Origin: Candidatus Binatia bacterium
Lineage (GTDB): Bacteria > Desulfobacterota > Binatia > Bin18
Direction of reading: 5' to 3'
DNA length: 64,000 nt
Assembly: GCA_963422435.1 (NCBI GenBank)
Contig: OY729511.1
Span: 549,420 to 613,419, forward strand
Shown: one piece after another, positions 19,506 to 29,322 of the stretch
Layout: each line of letters begins with the position of its first letter
How positions within the stretch are numbered: the first letter of the stretch is position 1
Translations under genes and position numbers: made by a program
Notes under the pieces: generated by a model
Database searches by the model: none
What the model was told of the DNA's origin: nothing
Seen by the model: the letters and a program-made list of their open reading frames with translations, nothing else

Positions 19506-20600
19506 GTGCCCAAAAAAAAGATGTTGGTGGCGGGCGCGTCCGGTTTGGTTGGCTACGCCGCGGTCGAGTACTTCGCGCAGCAGGACGATTGGGAGGTGGT
19601 TGGGGTTTCGCGCCGTATCCCCGCCGGACTCGAAGGCGCTGAGGTCATCTCGGTCGATCTGACGGATACGGCCCGCTGTGCGGAAGTCTTTGGCCGCATG
19701 GCAGACGTGACCCATCTGCTCTATGCGGCACTGTACGAAAAGCCGGGGCTGGTTGACGGCTGGTTTCAGCAAGACCAGATGGAAACCAATCTGGCCATGC
19801 TGGACAATTGCTTCTCTCCACTCGAAGCCGTCGCCCAGGACCTTCAGCACGTGTCCTTACTCCAAGGGACAAAAGCCTACGGCGTCCATATTGAACCCTT
19901 TCCCGTTCCGGCCCGCGAACGTTGGCCGCGCCACCAACACGAGAACTTCTATTTTCTGCAAGAGGATTATTTGCGCGCGCGGCAGCCTGGCAAAAATTGG
20001 CACTGGACAGTCTGGCGACCGCAGCTCATCCTCGGCCAATCACTGGGTAGCAATATGAACGTCATTCCTGCTCTGGGTGTGTATGCTGCGTTGCGCAAGG
20101 AGGCCGGGCTGCCGTTATCCTTTCCCGGTGGTCCGCCCTTTGTGGTCGAGGCAATTGAGGCAGGAATGATTGCCCGGGCGTGCGAGTGGGCCGGGCTGGC
20201 TGAGAACGCGCAGAACGAAATTTTTAATATCACGAACGGCGATGTTTTTGTGTGGCAAAATGTGTGGCCGGCTATCGCTGACGCGCTCGGCATGGAGGTC
20301 GGTCCACCGGAGCCATGCTCCCTGGCGAAAGAGATGCCCAGGCGCGAAGCCGAGTGGGCAGCAATTGTGAAGACATACGATCTCTACGCGCCAGCCAGCT
20401 TGAAGGAATTTGTGGGGCAGTCCTTTATTCTGGCCGATTTTACCTTCGGCTATGGCAGCAGAAACCAGTCCCCGCCCCCCATGCTGGTGAGTACCATCAA
20501 ACTCCGCCAGGCCGGCTTTCACGAATGCATGGATACCGAAGATAATTTCCGGGCGTGCTTCAAACGCTTCCAGGACGCCCGGCTCTTGCCGCCGCGCTAG
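19506..20600 (+). CDS. PRISE-like (progesterone 5-beta-reductase/iridoid synthase-like) SDR
   Basis: GASGLVG, QGTKAYG, NFYFLQED and WRP; GTG start with AGGAGG RBS. Confidence 0.8.
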   Translation: MPKKKMLVAGASGLVGYAAVEYFAQQDDWEVVGVSRRIPAGLEGAEVISVDLTDTARCAEVFGRMADVTHLLYAALYEKPGLVDGWFQQDQMETNLAMLDNCFSPLEAVAQDLQHVSLLQGTKAYGVHIEPFPVPARERWPRHQHENFYFLQEDYLRARQPGKNWHWTVWRPQLILGQSLGSNMNVIPALGVYAALRKEAGLPLSFPGGPPFVVEAIEAGMIARACEWAGLAENAQNEIFNITNGDVFVWQNVWPAIADALGMEVGPPEPCSLAKEMPRREAEWAAIVKTYDLYAPASLKEFVGQSFILADFTFGYGSRNQSPPPMLVSTIKLRQAGFHECMDTEDNFRACFKRFQDARLLPPR

Positions 20601-20743
20601 CGCGTGAACGTCGTTCCGGCCCGACCGGACCTTCTTCTTCCTTTTTGGGCAGGGCGGCTTGAAAGGCAGGGCGTTCCCGCAGTCGGGCGTAATACTCCAT
20701 CGCCGTTGGGAAGGCGTCAAAGCGGATTCAAGGAAAGCGGAGG

Positions 20744-22387
20744 ATGGCAAAAAACCGACTGTACTACGGCGACAACCTGGACGTCTTACGGCGCTATATC
20801 CAGGACGAGTCCATAGCCTTGGTCTACCTCGACCCGCCCTTCAAGAGTGACAGCGACTACAACGTCCTATTTGCCGAGCAGGACGGCTCCCGGGCCGCGG
20901 CTCAGATCAAGGCATTTGGGGACCTGTGGCAATGGGACGAAGCATCGGCTCGCGCCTATCAGGACGTGGTGGAGGCCGGCGGGCGGGTATCGCAGGTGCT
21001 GCAAGCGTTTCGCGGCTTTCTGGGCGCTAACGACATGCTGGCCTATCTGGCCATGATGACCCCTCGCTTGGTGGAACTCCGCCGAGCGCTGAAGTCCACT
21101 GGCAGCCTGTATCTCCACTGCGACCCGACCGCCTCGCATTATCTCAAGCTGCTGCTAGACGCGGTATTTGGGCCAACGAATTTTCGTAACGAAATCACAT
21201 GGCAACGGACGGAAAGTCACAACACCGCCGGGCGGTACGGAAACGTGGCGGACATACTGTTGTTCTATGTCAAGTCCGAAGAGGCAACCTGGAACCGATG
21301 TTTTCACACCTATTCCGGTCAGAAATACAGCCCCCAGCAGATGCAACGCTTTCGGCATGTGGACGAGAACGGCCGGCGGTACAAGCTTGATGACTTAACC
21401 GCCCCGCGCCCGGATAGCGATTCAGGAAAGTTCGAATGGCGCGGAACGCTGCCCGGCCCAACACGCGGCTGGGGCTATAAAAAAGAACAACTGGAACGTT
21501 GGTGGGCGGAGGGCAGAATACACACGAAGCGGGATGGCACCCCGCGTATGGATGGCCTGAAAGTGTATCTCGACGAGGCGGAGGGCAAGCCGTTACAGAA
21601 CATTTGGACCGATATTCCAAGAATCTCGAATACGTCGTCGGAACGCCTGGGCTACCCGACCCAAAAGCCGGAGGTCTTGCTGGAACGCATCATCACAGCC
21701 AGCAGCAATGAAGGCGATATGGTTTTGGATCCCTTTTGTGGCTGCGGGACAGCCATAGCCGCTGCTCAGAAATTGCACCGGTCCTGGATTGGCATTGACA
21801 TCACCCATCTCGCCATTGGTCTGATCAAGCATCGCTTGCGCGACACGTTTGGCGAGGACATCACCCACAGCTATGAAGTGATTGGTGAGCCAGTGTCTCT
21901 CCCGGATGCGAAAGCATTGGGGAAAGATGATCCTTTTCAATTCCAGTGGTGGGCCTTGGGCTTAGTGGGCGCCCGCCCCGTTGAGCAGAAGAAAGGAGCC
22001 GATAAAGGCATCGACGGACGGCTGTATTTCCATGATGAACGTGCCGGCGCGAAAACCAAACAAATCATATTTTCGGTCAAGGCTGGGCGGACTGCCGTTC
22101 CCCATGTGCGGGACTTGCGCGGGGTCATCGAACGGGAGAATGCGGAAATCGGCGTCCTGCTGTCACTCCAGGAACCGACAAAGCCCATGCGGACAGAAGC
22201 GATGGGCGCAGGCTTTTATGAGTCGCCGTGGGGAACACGCCACCCGCGTATTCAACTATTGACGGTAACGGATTTTCTGCTCGGGAAAGGTGTCAATCGT
22301 CCAGCCCAGCACGGCAATGTCACCTTCAAAAAAGCTCCTAAGCATAACCGGGGAACTGGGCAACAAGGCAGATTGTTCCAGAAGTGA
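20744..22387 (+). CDS. N6/N4 DNA methyltransferase fused to a C-terminal Mrr-like PD-(D/E)xK domain
   Basis: YLDPPF motif IV, YPTQKP, DPFCGCGT motif I and GADKGIDG...SVK. Confidence 0.9.
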   Translation: MAKNRLYYGDNLDVLRRYIQDESIALVYLDPPFKSDSDYNVLFAEQDGSRAAAQIKAFGDLWQWDEASARAYQDVVEAGGRVSQVLQAFRGFLGANDMLAYLAMMTPRLVELRRALKSTGSLYLHCDPTASHYLKLLLDAVFGPTNFRNEITWQRTESHNTAGRYGNVADILLFYVKSEEATWNRCFHTYSGQKYSPQQMQRFRHVDENGRRYKLDDLTAPRPDSDSGKFEWRGTLPGPTRGWGYKKEQLERWWAEGRIHTKRDGTPRMDGLKVYLDEAEGKPLQNIWTDIPRISNTSSERLGYPTQKPEVLLERIITASSNEGDMVLDPFCGCGTAIAAAQKLHRSWIGIDITHLAIGLIKHRLRDTFGEDITHSYEVIGEPVSLPDAKALGKDDPFQFQWWALGLVGARPVEQKKGADKGIDGRLYFHDERAGAKTKQIIFSVKAGRTAVPHVRDLRGVIERENAEIGVLLSLQEPTKPMRTEAMGAGFYESPWGTRHPRIQLLTVTDFLLGKGVNRPAQHGNVTFKKAPKHNRGTGQQGRLFQK

Positions 22388-22395
22388 GCGACAGG

Positions 22396-22599
22396 CTAAG
22401 GGGGTTCAGTGTGGCCAATTTCCCGGCTGCCCTCATACAGGGCAAGCTCTTCATGCAGACGGGCAATCATTTTCCGAACACCCGCCTTGGTAAACCCTTT
22501 GGCCCCAAGAGGATGGTTGTGCTGTAAACGCTGAAGCCGCTCCTCCAAGTCACGCAGTTCCGCTTGGGCCTTTTCGTATTGCTCAATATTCGTAATCAT
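22396..22599 (-). CDS. Small helical hypothetical protein (possible antitoxin-like)
   Basis: 67 aa of coiled-coil-like sequence; its ATG overlaps the TGA of an upstream remnant. Confidence 0.65.
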   Translation of the reverse strand: MITNIEQYEKAQAELRDLEERLQRLQHNHPLGAKGFTKAGVRKMIARLHEELALYEGSREIGHTEPP

Positions 22600-22742
22600 A
22601 GGCGTATCTCCACAAGACCTTTGCGGCGGCCCTCTCGCTCCCGAGTCCGGCTAAAGAAAGCGACCCATTCATCCCACCCGTTTCAGCCTCTTACGACCCT
22701 GAATCCCTTTAATATCTTGTCTAGATCGGGCTTTTTCGCAAT
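22596..22742 (-). pseudogene. Eroded upstream partner of the small protein
   Basis: IAKKPDLDKILKGFRVVRG-TGA(22683-22685)-NGWDEWVAFFSRTREREGRRKGLVEIRL*, ending in an ATGA overlap. Confidence 0.45.
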
Positions 22743-22862
22743 GTAGCGCCGAGGAGTATGAGCAGACCTGTCCTAACGCTTCTCACCCCGCGCGAAAGGG
22801 CCGCTGTCGGAGGTCCATGCCAACGGGGCTGAGCAGGGCGCCTGACTCGGCCTCACAGCCCC

Positions 22863-23726
22863 CTATGCGTCTGTCGCAGACGGCAGGGCCCTGCGCGCCG
22901 CCCGATAGCCGCGTTGGGCGAGAGAAAATTCCAAGGTGGGGGAGAGGCGACTGAGCCACCACAACAACCTCCACCAGCCCGGCACAATGATCAACGCTTT
23001 GTTCCGGGCAAGCGCGGCCAGCACTTTTTCGGCAAACACCGCCGGATCCATGGGCCGGTATTGCCGGATGAATTTTTCCTGGACCTCTGGCGGTAGGGGC
23101 TGCAAGTTCTTGCCGTATTTCCCGCCGTACAGGATGGGCGTCCGAATAAACCCGGGGCAGAGCACGCTGACACGGACGCCATATGACGCGGCTTCAACCC
23201 GGAGGGATTTGGAAAGACCGACCACCGCGTGTTTTGTGGTCGCATAACTAACCGCCATGGGCATGGGCAGCAGGCCGGCCATGGAAGCAGTATTCACAAT
23301 ATGGCCGTAGCCCTGGCTGAGCATAACCGGATAGGCCGCCTGCACCCCGTTGACCACACCGTGCAAATTCACGCTCAGAACACTGTCCCAGTCTTCAATC
23401 TGACAGACCCGGACCTCTCCCCCAATCGCAATACCGGCGTTGTTGAACATATAGTCCAGCCGGCCTTGCGCGTGGGCCGTCGCCCGGACGAGTTGGTCTA
23501 CCGCGCCGGAGTCTGTGACGTCCAGTTCAACCGCGGACACCTTGCCGCCTCTTTCCCGGATACCGGCCGCGGCCTCTTGGGCGAGCGCTATCTGACGGTC
23601 GGCCACGACCACACACGCCCCACGTTGGCCCAGGGCCTCACTCAGCGCGCGGCCAATACCCGAGGCTCCGCCGGTTATAATCGCCACCGCGCCGTCAAAT
23701 ATGCGGAGGGGGCTGTTGGGTTCCAT
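22863..23726 (-). CDS. Short-chain dehydrogenase/reductase
   Basis: TGGASGIG, NNAG and YATTK. Confidence 0.92.
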   Translation of the reverse strand: MEPNSPLRIFDGAVAIITGGASGIGRALSEALGQRGACVVVADRQIALAQEAAAGIRERGGKVSAVELDVTDSGAVDQLVRATAHAQGRLDYMFNNAGIAIGGEVRVCQIEDWDSVLSVNLHGVVNGVQAAYPVMLSQGYGHIVNTASMAGLLPMPMAVSYATTKHAVVGLSKSLRVEAASYGVRVSVLCPGFIRTPILYGGKYGKNLQPLPPEVQEKFIRQYRPMDPAVFAEKVLAALARNKALIIVPGWWRLLWWLSRLSPTLEFSLAQRGYRAARRALPSATDA

Positions 23727-23739
23727 GTCTGTCTAAAAG

Positions 23740-24078
23740 TCAGTCGGCCACCGGCACGACACCGACTACCGCCGGACCGTCTCCGACCACACGGGTCGTA
23801 TGCCCGCTACCGGTCAGGTCTGCGGCGAGCACGGCATCCCCCGCTCCACAGCGCTGGACCGACCCATCCTGAAAGCCGATTTCCATCTGGCCTTTCAAGA
23901 CGATCACATACTGACGGCGGGGAGCATTATGCCAATCCATAGCGGTTCCGGCCGGGAGTTCTCGAAAGAAAATCTCCTGGGTCGCTTGGGGCGTTTCCTG
24001 ACTCGGTTGGGCGCTTAACGCCGGCTCCTCAATATGTGATTGTCCGTCGTCCCCGGTATACATATGGAAAATACCCAT
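23740..24078 (-). CDS. Small cupin-domain protein
   Basis: WHNAPRRQYV and DLTGSGH. Confidence 0.85.
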   Translation of the reverse strand: MGIFHMYTGDDGQSHIEEPALSAQPSQETPQATQEIFFRELPAGTAMDWHNAPRRQYVIVLKGQMEIGFQDGSVQRCGAGDAVLAADLTGSGHTTRVVGDGPAVVGVVPVAD

Positions 24079-24115
24079 GGTCTTCCTCCTTTTGCTCCCG
24101 TATGCGGACGGAGCC

Positions 24116-24622
24116 CTATGCTTTCGTCTCTATTACAGGGCGCTGGATCCCTAAATCTGCGACAACCTCAGCCCCCAGCTTGTGGAAAACTTCTGGTGAA
24201 ATCCCGATCTTGAGACTGCGCCCGCCACCGCCCAGGATCACGGTTTCCAGCTCCATCACCCGCGTATCAACGTATAAGGGTATCTCCACAGGCAGCGAAA
24301 ACGGCGACACGCCGCCGACTTCCATCCCCGTCAGCGCGTGCATCTCCGCGGCCGAGGCAAACGACGCTTTGGACACCCCCATGAGTTTGCGCACCCGTTT
24401 GTTCACATCAAGCTGGGTTGTAGCCAGGACCACACGGGCCACAAACTGCTTGGGATCTTTCTTGGAGGCCACAACAATCGTGTTACCGGACGTCTCTGGC
24501 GGATAGCCATACTGGGCGCAAAACACGGCCGTATCGGCATGGGCCAGATCTATGCGTATCCACTCAAAAGGCAACCCCAGCGCTTCAAGCGCGGCAATCA
24601 CTCGTTGTTCCGAAGACGTCAT
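24116..24622 (-). CDS. YbaK/EbsC aminoacyl-tRNA deacylase family protein
   Basis: ADTAVFC, LTGMEVGGVSPF and LGGGGRS; GGAGGAG RBS. Confidence 0.85.
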   Translation of the reverse strand: MTSSEQRVIAALEALGLPFEWIRIDLAHADTAVFCAQYGYPPETSGNTIVVASKKDPKQFVARVVLATTQLDVNKRVRKLMGVSKASFASAAEMHALTGMEVGGVSPFSLPVEIPLYVDTRVMELETVILGGGGRSLKIGISPEVFHKLGAEVVADLGIQRPVIETKA

Positions 24623-24673
24623 GCGCCACACTCCTCCGTGAGCGACACCGCAACGGAATGCTCGCAGCATACC

Positions 24674-24702
24674 AAAACGCCGGGTCGAAACCCGGCGTTT
24701 TT
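24674..24702. terminator. Bidirectional-type terminator
   Basis: AAAACGCCGGGT-CGAA-ACCCGGCGTTTT is a perfect 12-bp stem. Confidence 0.8.
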
Positions 24703-24742
24703 CTCGGTGCAAACCGAGGGGGAGTCGCTGACTCCTGTTGCG

Positions 24743-26494
24743 TTAGCCGGCGGCCATATCATAGCTGCGCAGCATCTTGCCCGGCAGGGCTCCGCTGCAC
24801 TGACCGTCTTCAAACGTAATCTGCCCATTGATAATCGAATACCGATAGCCGTCAGCCTTTTGGACCCGCCGCCAGTCGCCGTCGGGCAGGTCTCGGATCG
24901 TCTCCATCGGTCGTACGGCCAGCTTTTCCAGGTCGTACACCACGATGTCCGCGGGCATCCCCTCACGCAGCCAGCCTCGGTCCCGGATACCAATCGCCCA
25001 GCCCACCATGGTCGACAGCCGCCAGTGGGCCTCTTCCAGGGTCATGATCTGCTTGTCGCGCACCCAGTGGGTCAGGAAGTGGGTCGGATAGCGGCCCAGG
25101 GTCAGGAACTTGGTATGCGCGCCACCGTCTGAGGCGCCGACCAGACACAGCGGGTGTTTGAGAATGGTGGTCAGGGCTTCTTCATCGTTGTTGATGAAGC
25201 CCTGCATGGCAAACTCGGTTTTGAGCTCTTCTTCTACGGACAGGTCGAGCAGCGCGTCGATCGGATGTTTGCCTTGCTCCTGGGCCAGTTCGGCAACGGT
25301 GCGGCCCTTGAGATGGGCGTTCTTTTCCAGGTGGACGTCATCGATAAACGTCTCCTCCCAGCGGAACATCCGCAACTGCCCCTGTTCCCCGTCGGGATTC
25401 TCGCCCGGCATGACGGTCGGCGCCTTCTCCATATCGGCCTTGAGGGCCGCCCGCCGACCGGGGTCGGCCAGCTTCATGCGGCGCTCTTCCAGGCTGCCGA
25501 CCGTGGCCTCGTTCCAGGCCGGGAGCTGGTCAAACAAGCCGATGGTTTCCAGCGTGAACTCAAACTCAATCGGCATGCAGATATTGACCGGCAGGACCGG
25601 CGCCTCTTTATTCGCCCGTTCGGTCCAGGCCAATTGCTCGCGCCAGGTGTTGGGTGAGGACGGGTCGTGGATAATCGCGTTCCAGTTCACCGGTCGGCCA
25701 CTCGTCTTGGCCAACTCCAAGAGGAAGTCCATCCCCAGCCCTTGCAAGGCATGGCCCATCGTCCACTCGATCGAGCCGCGGTTGAACTCGCGCATGACGG
25801 CCGCCATTTCGAGGAATTCTTCACGCGGTGCCACATGGGTCGGGAGATAGCCGCCATCATAGTCGCGGTTCGCCATACTGAAGCTGGCGGAAAAGCCAAA
25901 GCCGCCGGCCTGCAAGCCTTCTCGCAACAGATGTTTCAACTCCGCTACCTGATCCGAGGTAGTCTGATAGTCCGGGTCCCGCGCCGCATCGTTGCCCAAT
26001 ACCCAAGCACGCAGCGGAGAGTAGGGCACGAGTGAGGCGGCATTGATGCCCAGTCCGCCACGGTCCAGGCTGTCGAGATATTCCGGGAAGGTCTCCCAGT
26101 CCCAGCGCATGCCGGTCTGCATACAGGACAACGGAATGGACTCGGTTCGCTCCATACGACGCATCGCCCGGTCACGGTCTTCCAGACGCACCGGCGCAAA
26201 GCCAAAGCCACAGTTCCCGATCGCCACCGTGGTCACGCCGTGCCAGCCGGAGAGCGTGGCATACGGGTCCCAGGCCGTGCCACCGCTGAGCGCCGCGTCG
26301 TAATGGGTATGAATGTCCATAAACCCTGGGGCGACGATCAGGCCGGTCGCATCAAGCACTCGCGTGGCCGAGCCTTGAATATTCCCCATGGCAACGATCC
26401 TGCCGTCACGAATTGCAATATCGCCTCGATAGCGGGGCACCTGCAATCCGTCGATGATCGTGCCGTTCTTGATAAGCAGATCGTACTCTGCCAT
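24743..26494 (-). CDS. N-acyl-D-amino-acid deacylase family amidohydrolase
   Basis: APGFMDIHTHYD, GVTTVAIGNCG, SDGGAH and GMPADIVVYD. Confidence 0.9.
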   Translation of the reverse strand: MAEYDLLIKNGTIIDGLQVPRYRGDIAIRDGRIVAMGNIQGSATRVLDATGLIVAPGFMDIHTHYDAALSGGTAWDPYATLSGWHGVTTVAIGNCGFGFAPVRLEDRDRAMRRMERTESIPLSCMQTGMRWDWETFPEYLDSLDRGGLGINAASLVPYSPLRAWVLGNDAARDPDYQTTSDQVAELKHLLREGLQAGGFGFSASFSMANRDYDGGYLPTHVAPREEFLEMAAVMREFNRGSIEWTMGHALQGLGMDFLLELAKTSGRPVNWNAIIHDPSSPNTWREQLAWTERANKEAPVLPVNICMPIEFEFTLETIGLFDQLPAWNEATVGSLEERRMKLADPGRRAALKADMEKAPTVMPGENPDGEQGQLRMFRWEETFIDDVHLEKNAHLKGRTVAELAQEQGKHPIDALLDLSVEEELKTEFAMQGFINNDEEALTTILKHPLCLVGASDGGAHTKFLTLGRYPTHFLTHWVRDKQIMTLEEAHWRLSTMVGWAIGIRDRGWLREGMPADIVVYDLEKLAVRPMETIRDLPDGDWRRVQKADGYRYSIINGQITFEDGQCSGALPGKMLRSYDMAAG

Positions 26495-26714
26495 ATGACC
26501 CCTCCTTTGGCTCGTAGAAGCCGGTTGCGGTTACCTCTCATTCCTCCCCGTAGCCACCCGGTTCAGGCCCTTGGTGCAACATCGTGACGAGTCTCCTCAT
26601 CCTGCAACGGAATGCGTCGCAATTGCAAGAGTGACGGACAAGAGTGATGCCAGACAATCGCGTTGCGTCCGGTCCAGCCGTCTTGATGGATTACGGACAC
26701 GCCGAGGGAGCGAT

Positions 26715-27215
26715 TCAAAAAGACCGCGCACTGCGGCAGGCGTCGCTGCCGGCCGGGTGGTGGTCAATGACCAGCGACGTTCCAGCCGGGCAACTGACCG
26801 CAACATCGTCTCCGAAGGGATTTGCACACACGTCTTTCCCGGTCAGCGATTTGAGATAGTGCATGCTCGGGCAGTCCGGTTGTTCATACACCCATTGAGC
26901 AGCCTCGTCGGGTTCGTGTTGCAGTATTTGCAGAGCGGCTTCTTTACTCGTGTAGTCCGGTTCCGGCGGCACTGCCACGGCCGCCGGGGCGGGGGAACGC
27001 GGCGGCACTGCCACGGCGGCCTTCATGGGGGCATTCTCTGCCTGACGCTTTGACTGCTCAGGGGCTGGCGGGTTCAGGTCTTCCCACTGACCCGTATACG
27101 GATTAAACGATTTTCCCCATTCCTGAGACAACACCTGCGCCGAGTACGGCGGAATACATATCAGGCAAAGGCCGAGCATGAGGGGGAGGATCAGACCGCG
27201 CCTGACCAGGCACAT
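26715..27215 (-). CDS. Hypothetical secreted protein with a duplicated AAVAVPP linker
   Basis: GGAGG RBS 7 nt upstream, hydrophobic signal peptide, Pro/Ala linker and four C-terminal Cys. Confidence 0.5.
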   Translation of the reverse strand: MCLVRRGLILPLMLGLCLICIPPYSAQVLSQEWGKSFNPYTGQWEDLNPPAPEQSKRQAENAPMKAAVAVPPRSPAPAAVAVPPEPDYTSKEAALQILQHEPDEAAQWVYEQPDCPSMHYLKSLTGKDVCANPFGDDVAVSCPAGTSLVIDHHPAGSDACRSARSF

Positions 27216-27264
27216 ACGGCTTCCTCCAGTGTAGAGTTGGACCGACTTTTCCATACTCCTCCCC

Positions 27265-27855
27265 TTACCGCTTGGGCATCCTGGGGACAAAACGCGGCAC
27301 CCGCTGTTGATACTGCTCGTAGACCTGCCCAAAGCGCTCGACCAGTTCGCGTTCTTCCATCAGTGTAATGCCATACAGCACCATGCAGGCGAGAGGACAC
27401 AGGAGGTACACGGCCAGATAGTTCGTAAAAAGCGCAACCGCACAGATACTCAGGATCACGACAACATAGCGGGGGTGCCGCAACCGCGCATAGATACCCT
27501 GGTCCAAGAGCGGCTGATTGGTCGGCCTGGGCGACAGTTCGGGAATGCCGACCAGAGTACGCAGGGTCAGATGTTTCCGACACTGCACCTCAACTACCAC
27601 GGCTGCCCCAAAGCACAGCAAGGCCGGCAAACATAACCATCCTGGAGGGCCGAACTCTACGGCTAGAAGCGTCTGACGCAACAGAAAGACACCTGCGCCG
27701 ATGACAATGAGAATCCCCCCCAGCACGGAGTACGAGAGCACCAGCCCAAGTTGTCGCCAGCTCTGGACCAGACCGTGAGCAAACGGCCAGAACAAGATAC
27801 CTGGAATAAAGGTCACCAGCGTCAGGAGGGTCACGTGATAGCGGACAGTATCCAT
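27265..27855 (-). CDS. Isoprenylcysteine carboxyl methyltransferase/PEMT-family membrane protein
   Basis: GIYARLRHPRY, EERELVERFG and YQQRVPRFVP. Confidence 0.85.
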   Translation of the reverse strand: MDTVRYHVTLLTLVTFIPGILFWPFAHGLVQSWRQLGLVLSYSVLGGILIVIGAGVFLLRQTLLAVEFGPPGWLCLPALLCFGAAVVVEVQCRKHLTLRTLVGIPELSPRPTNQPLLDQGIYARLRHPRYVVVILSICAVALFTNYLAVYLLCPLACMVLYGITLMEERELVERFGQVYEQYQQRVPRFVPRMPKR

Positions 27856-27880
27856 ACCGTGAGCGGGCGGGCTGCTCCCC

Positions 27881-28387
27881 TCATACCACGCGATACGAGA
27901 CGTTGAGGTCCGGTGTATTCTGTATGGTCTGGAAGACGACACAGTAACGTTCAGTCAAACGAATCAGGGTTGCCACCTGTTCCGCATCGGCGTCCGTGTC
28001 CAGATCAAACCGGAGGCGAATGTCGCGAAAGCCGACCGGAGCTTCTTTGGAAACGCCGAGGGTCCCCCTGAAATCCAGGTCGCCTTCCGCGATTACCTTG
28101 CCCTCGCGCAGCTCCACCCCGATCGCCGTAGACACGGCCTGCAGGGTTACGCCGGCACACGCCACCAGCGCCTCCAGCAACATATCGCCGGAGCAGGCCG
28201 CCAGCCCGTCCCCGCCGGTCGCCGGGTGCAGGCCGGCTTCGACCAAGGCTTTGCCCGTTTCAACGCGGCAGGTAATGCCCTCGCCGATCCGGCCTTCGGC
28301 GTTCAGCGTCACCACGGCCTGTTCGGGCGCGTCTTTGTAGGCGTTTTTGAGGGGGGCCTGGAGGGTGCGGAGTTCTTCTGCTTTCAT
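27881..28387 (-). CDS. OsmC-family protein
   Basis: CSGDMLLEALVAC and TERYCVV. Confidence 0.9.
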   Translation of the reverse strand: MKAEELRTLQAPLKNAYKDAPEQAVVTLNAEGRIGEGITCRVETGKALVEAGLHPATGGDGLAACSGDMLLEALVACAGVTLQAVSTAIGVELREGKVIAEGDLDFRGTLGVSKEAPVGFRDIRLRFDLDTDADAEQVATLIRLTERYCVVFQTIQNTPDLNVSYRVV

Positions 28388-28411
28388 GGCGCTTGTTCTC
28401 CTTCTTGGTGT

Positions 28412-29167
28412 TCACTGCTCCATGCGGGCCAGCGCGTCGTGCGTACTGCCCGCGTCCCTATAGTTGGCGTCCTGGTCAAAGCTCACGAAAATCATGCGCA
28501 CCCCTGCAGGACCGGCGCTGAACGGCACGGCCTGTTCGCCGCCCGGAATGAAACGCAGCGCTTTCGGCCCCAGCCGCCTGCCGGGAAGAGTGGCCGAACC
28601 GGTATAGACCACTTCATACCGGCCATACTCTGGAACCGGAGGAGTAAACTCGACGCCAGCCGGAAACGCAACCAACTCCGCACTCGGGCCAAAGCTCGGC
28701 GGGATCAGCAGCTTGCGTCGGGCGTGCGCACAGCCGGGCAGGGGCTGCCACTCGACTTCATGCGCGCAGCGCGTCAGCTCGCGTCCGCGCACGTTTGCCT
28801 GCCAGCGCCGTTTTTTGTCGCGCATGACGGCCACACCCCCCGGCCTGGTATGCAGCACGAGCATATCGTGTCCGCCGCTGACCGTGAACGGGCCGTAGGG
28901 CGTGTTATGTTCCGTATAGTGCACGGCCGGCGCGTCCAGCCGGACCAGCGGAAAGGCCATTGAACCTTCGAGCAGGACTTGGAATTGCGCCGCATAATGA
29001 AAATGCGGCTCCACCGTATAGTCTTCCGAGATCTGCGCCCGTACGGCTTCGGGTCCGCCATCTCTGCCGGTGAGATAAAACTGGAGGTGAGCTTCTCCTC
29101 CCCCATCAAGGGCCAACGTTTTCCAAGGCACGGTTGAGGGTTCTCCGATACACTGATGCGGGTCCAT
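28412..29167 (-). CDS. Cupin-like hypothetical protein
   Basis: PHFHYAAQFQV and HTPYGP-like segments. The upstream ORF extension runs through a repeat and is probably spurious. Confidence 0.6.
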   Translation of the reverse strand: MDPHQCIGEPSTVPWKTLALDGGGEAHLQFYLTGRDGGPEAVRAQISEDYTVEPHFHYAAQFQVLLEGSMAFPLVRLDAPAVHYTEHNTPYGPFTVSGGHDMLVLHTRPGGVAVMRDKKRRWQANVRGRELTRCAHEVEWQPLPGCAHARRKLLIPPSFGPSAELVAFPAGVEFTPPVPEYGRYEVVYTGSATLPGRRLGPKALRFIPGGEQAVPFSAGPAGVRMIFVSFDQDANYRDAGSTHDALARMEQ

Positions 29168-29217
29168 AGCGTCCCTTCTTGTACATCTTCTCCCTATAGT
29201 CACTCCCCTTCCAATTC

Positions 29218-29250
29218 CCTCTCTCCCTGGGAGAGGGCTGGGGTGAGGGC
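29218..29250. repeat. G/C-rich palindromic intergenic repeat, copy A
   Basis: Reverse complement reads GCCCTCACCCCAGCCCTCTCCCAGGGAGAGAGGG. Confidence 0.65.
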
Positions 29251-29322
29251 TCTTCTGGGAATTGAATTTCGCAGCATGGGCCTGACGCATCTTCCAAATC
29301 TCTTCGACGCCAGGGTCCGACT

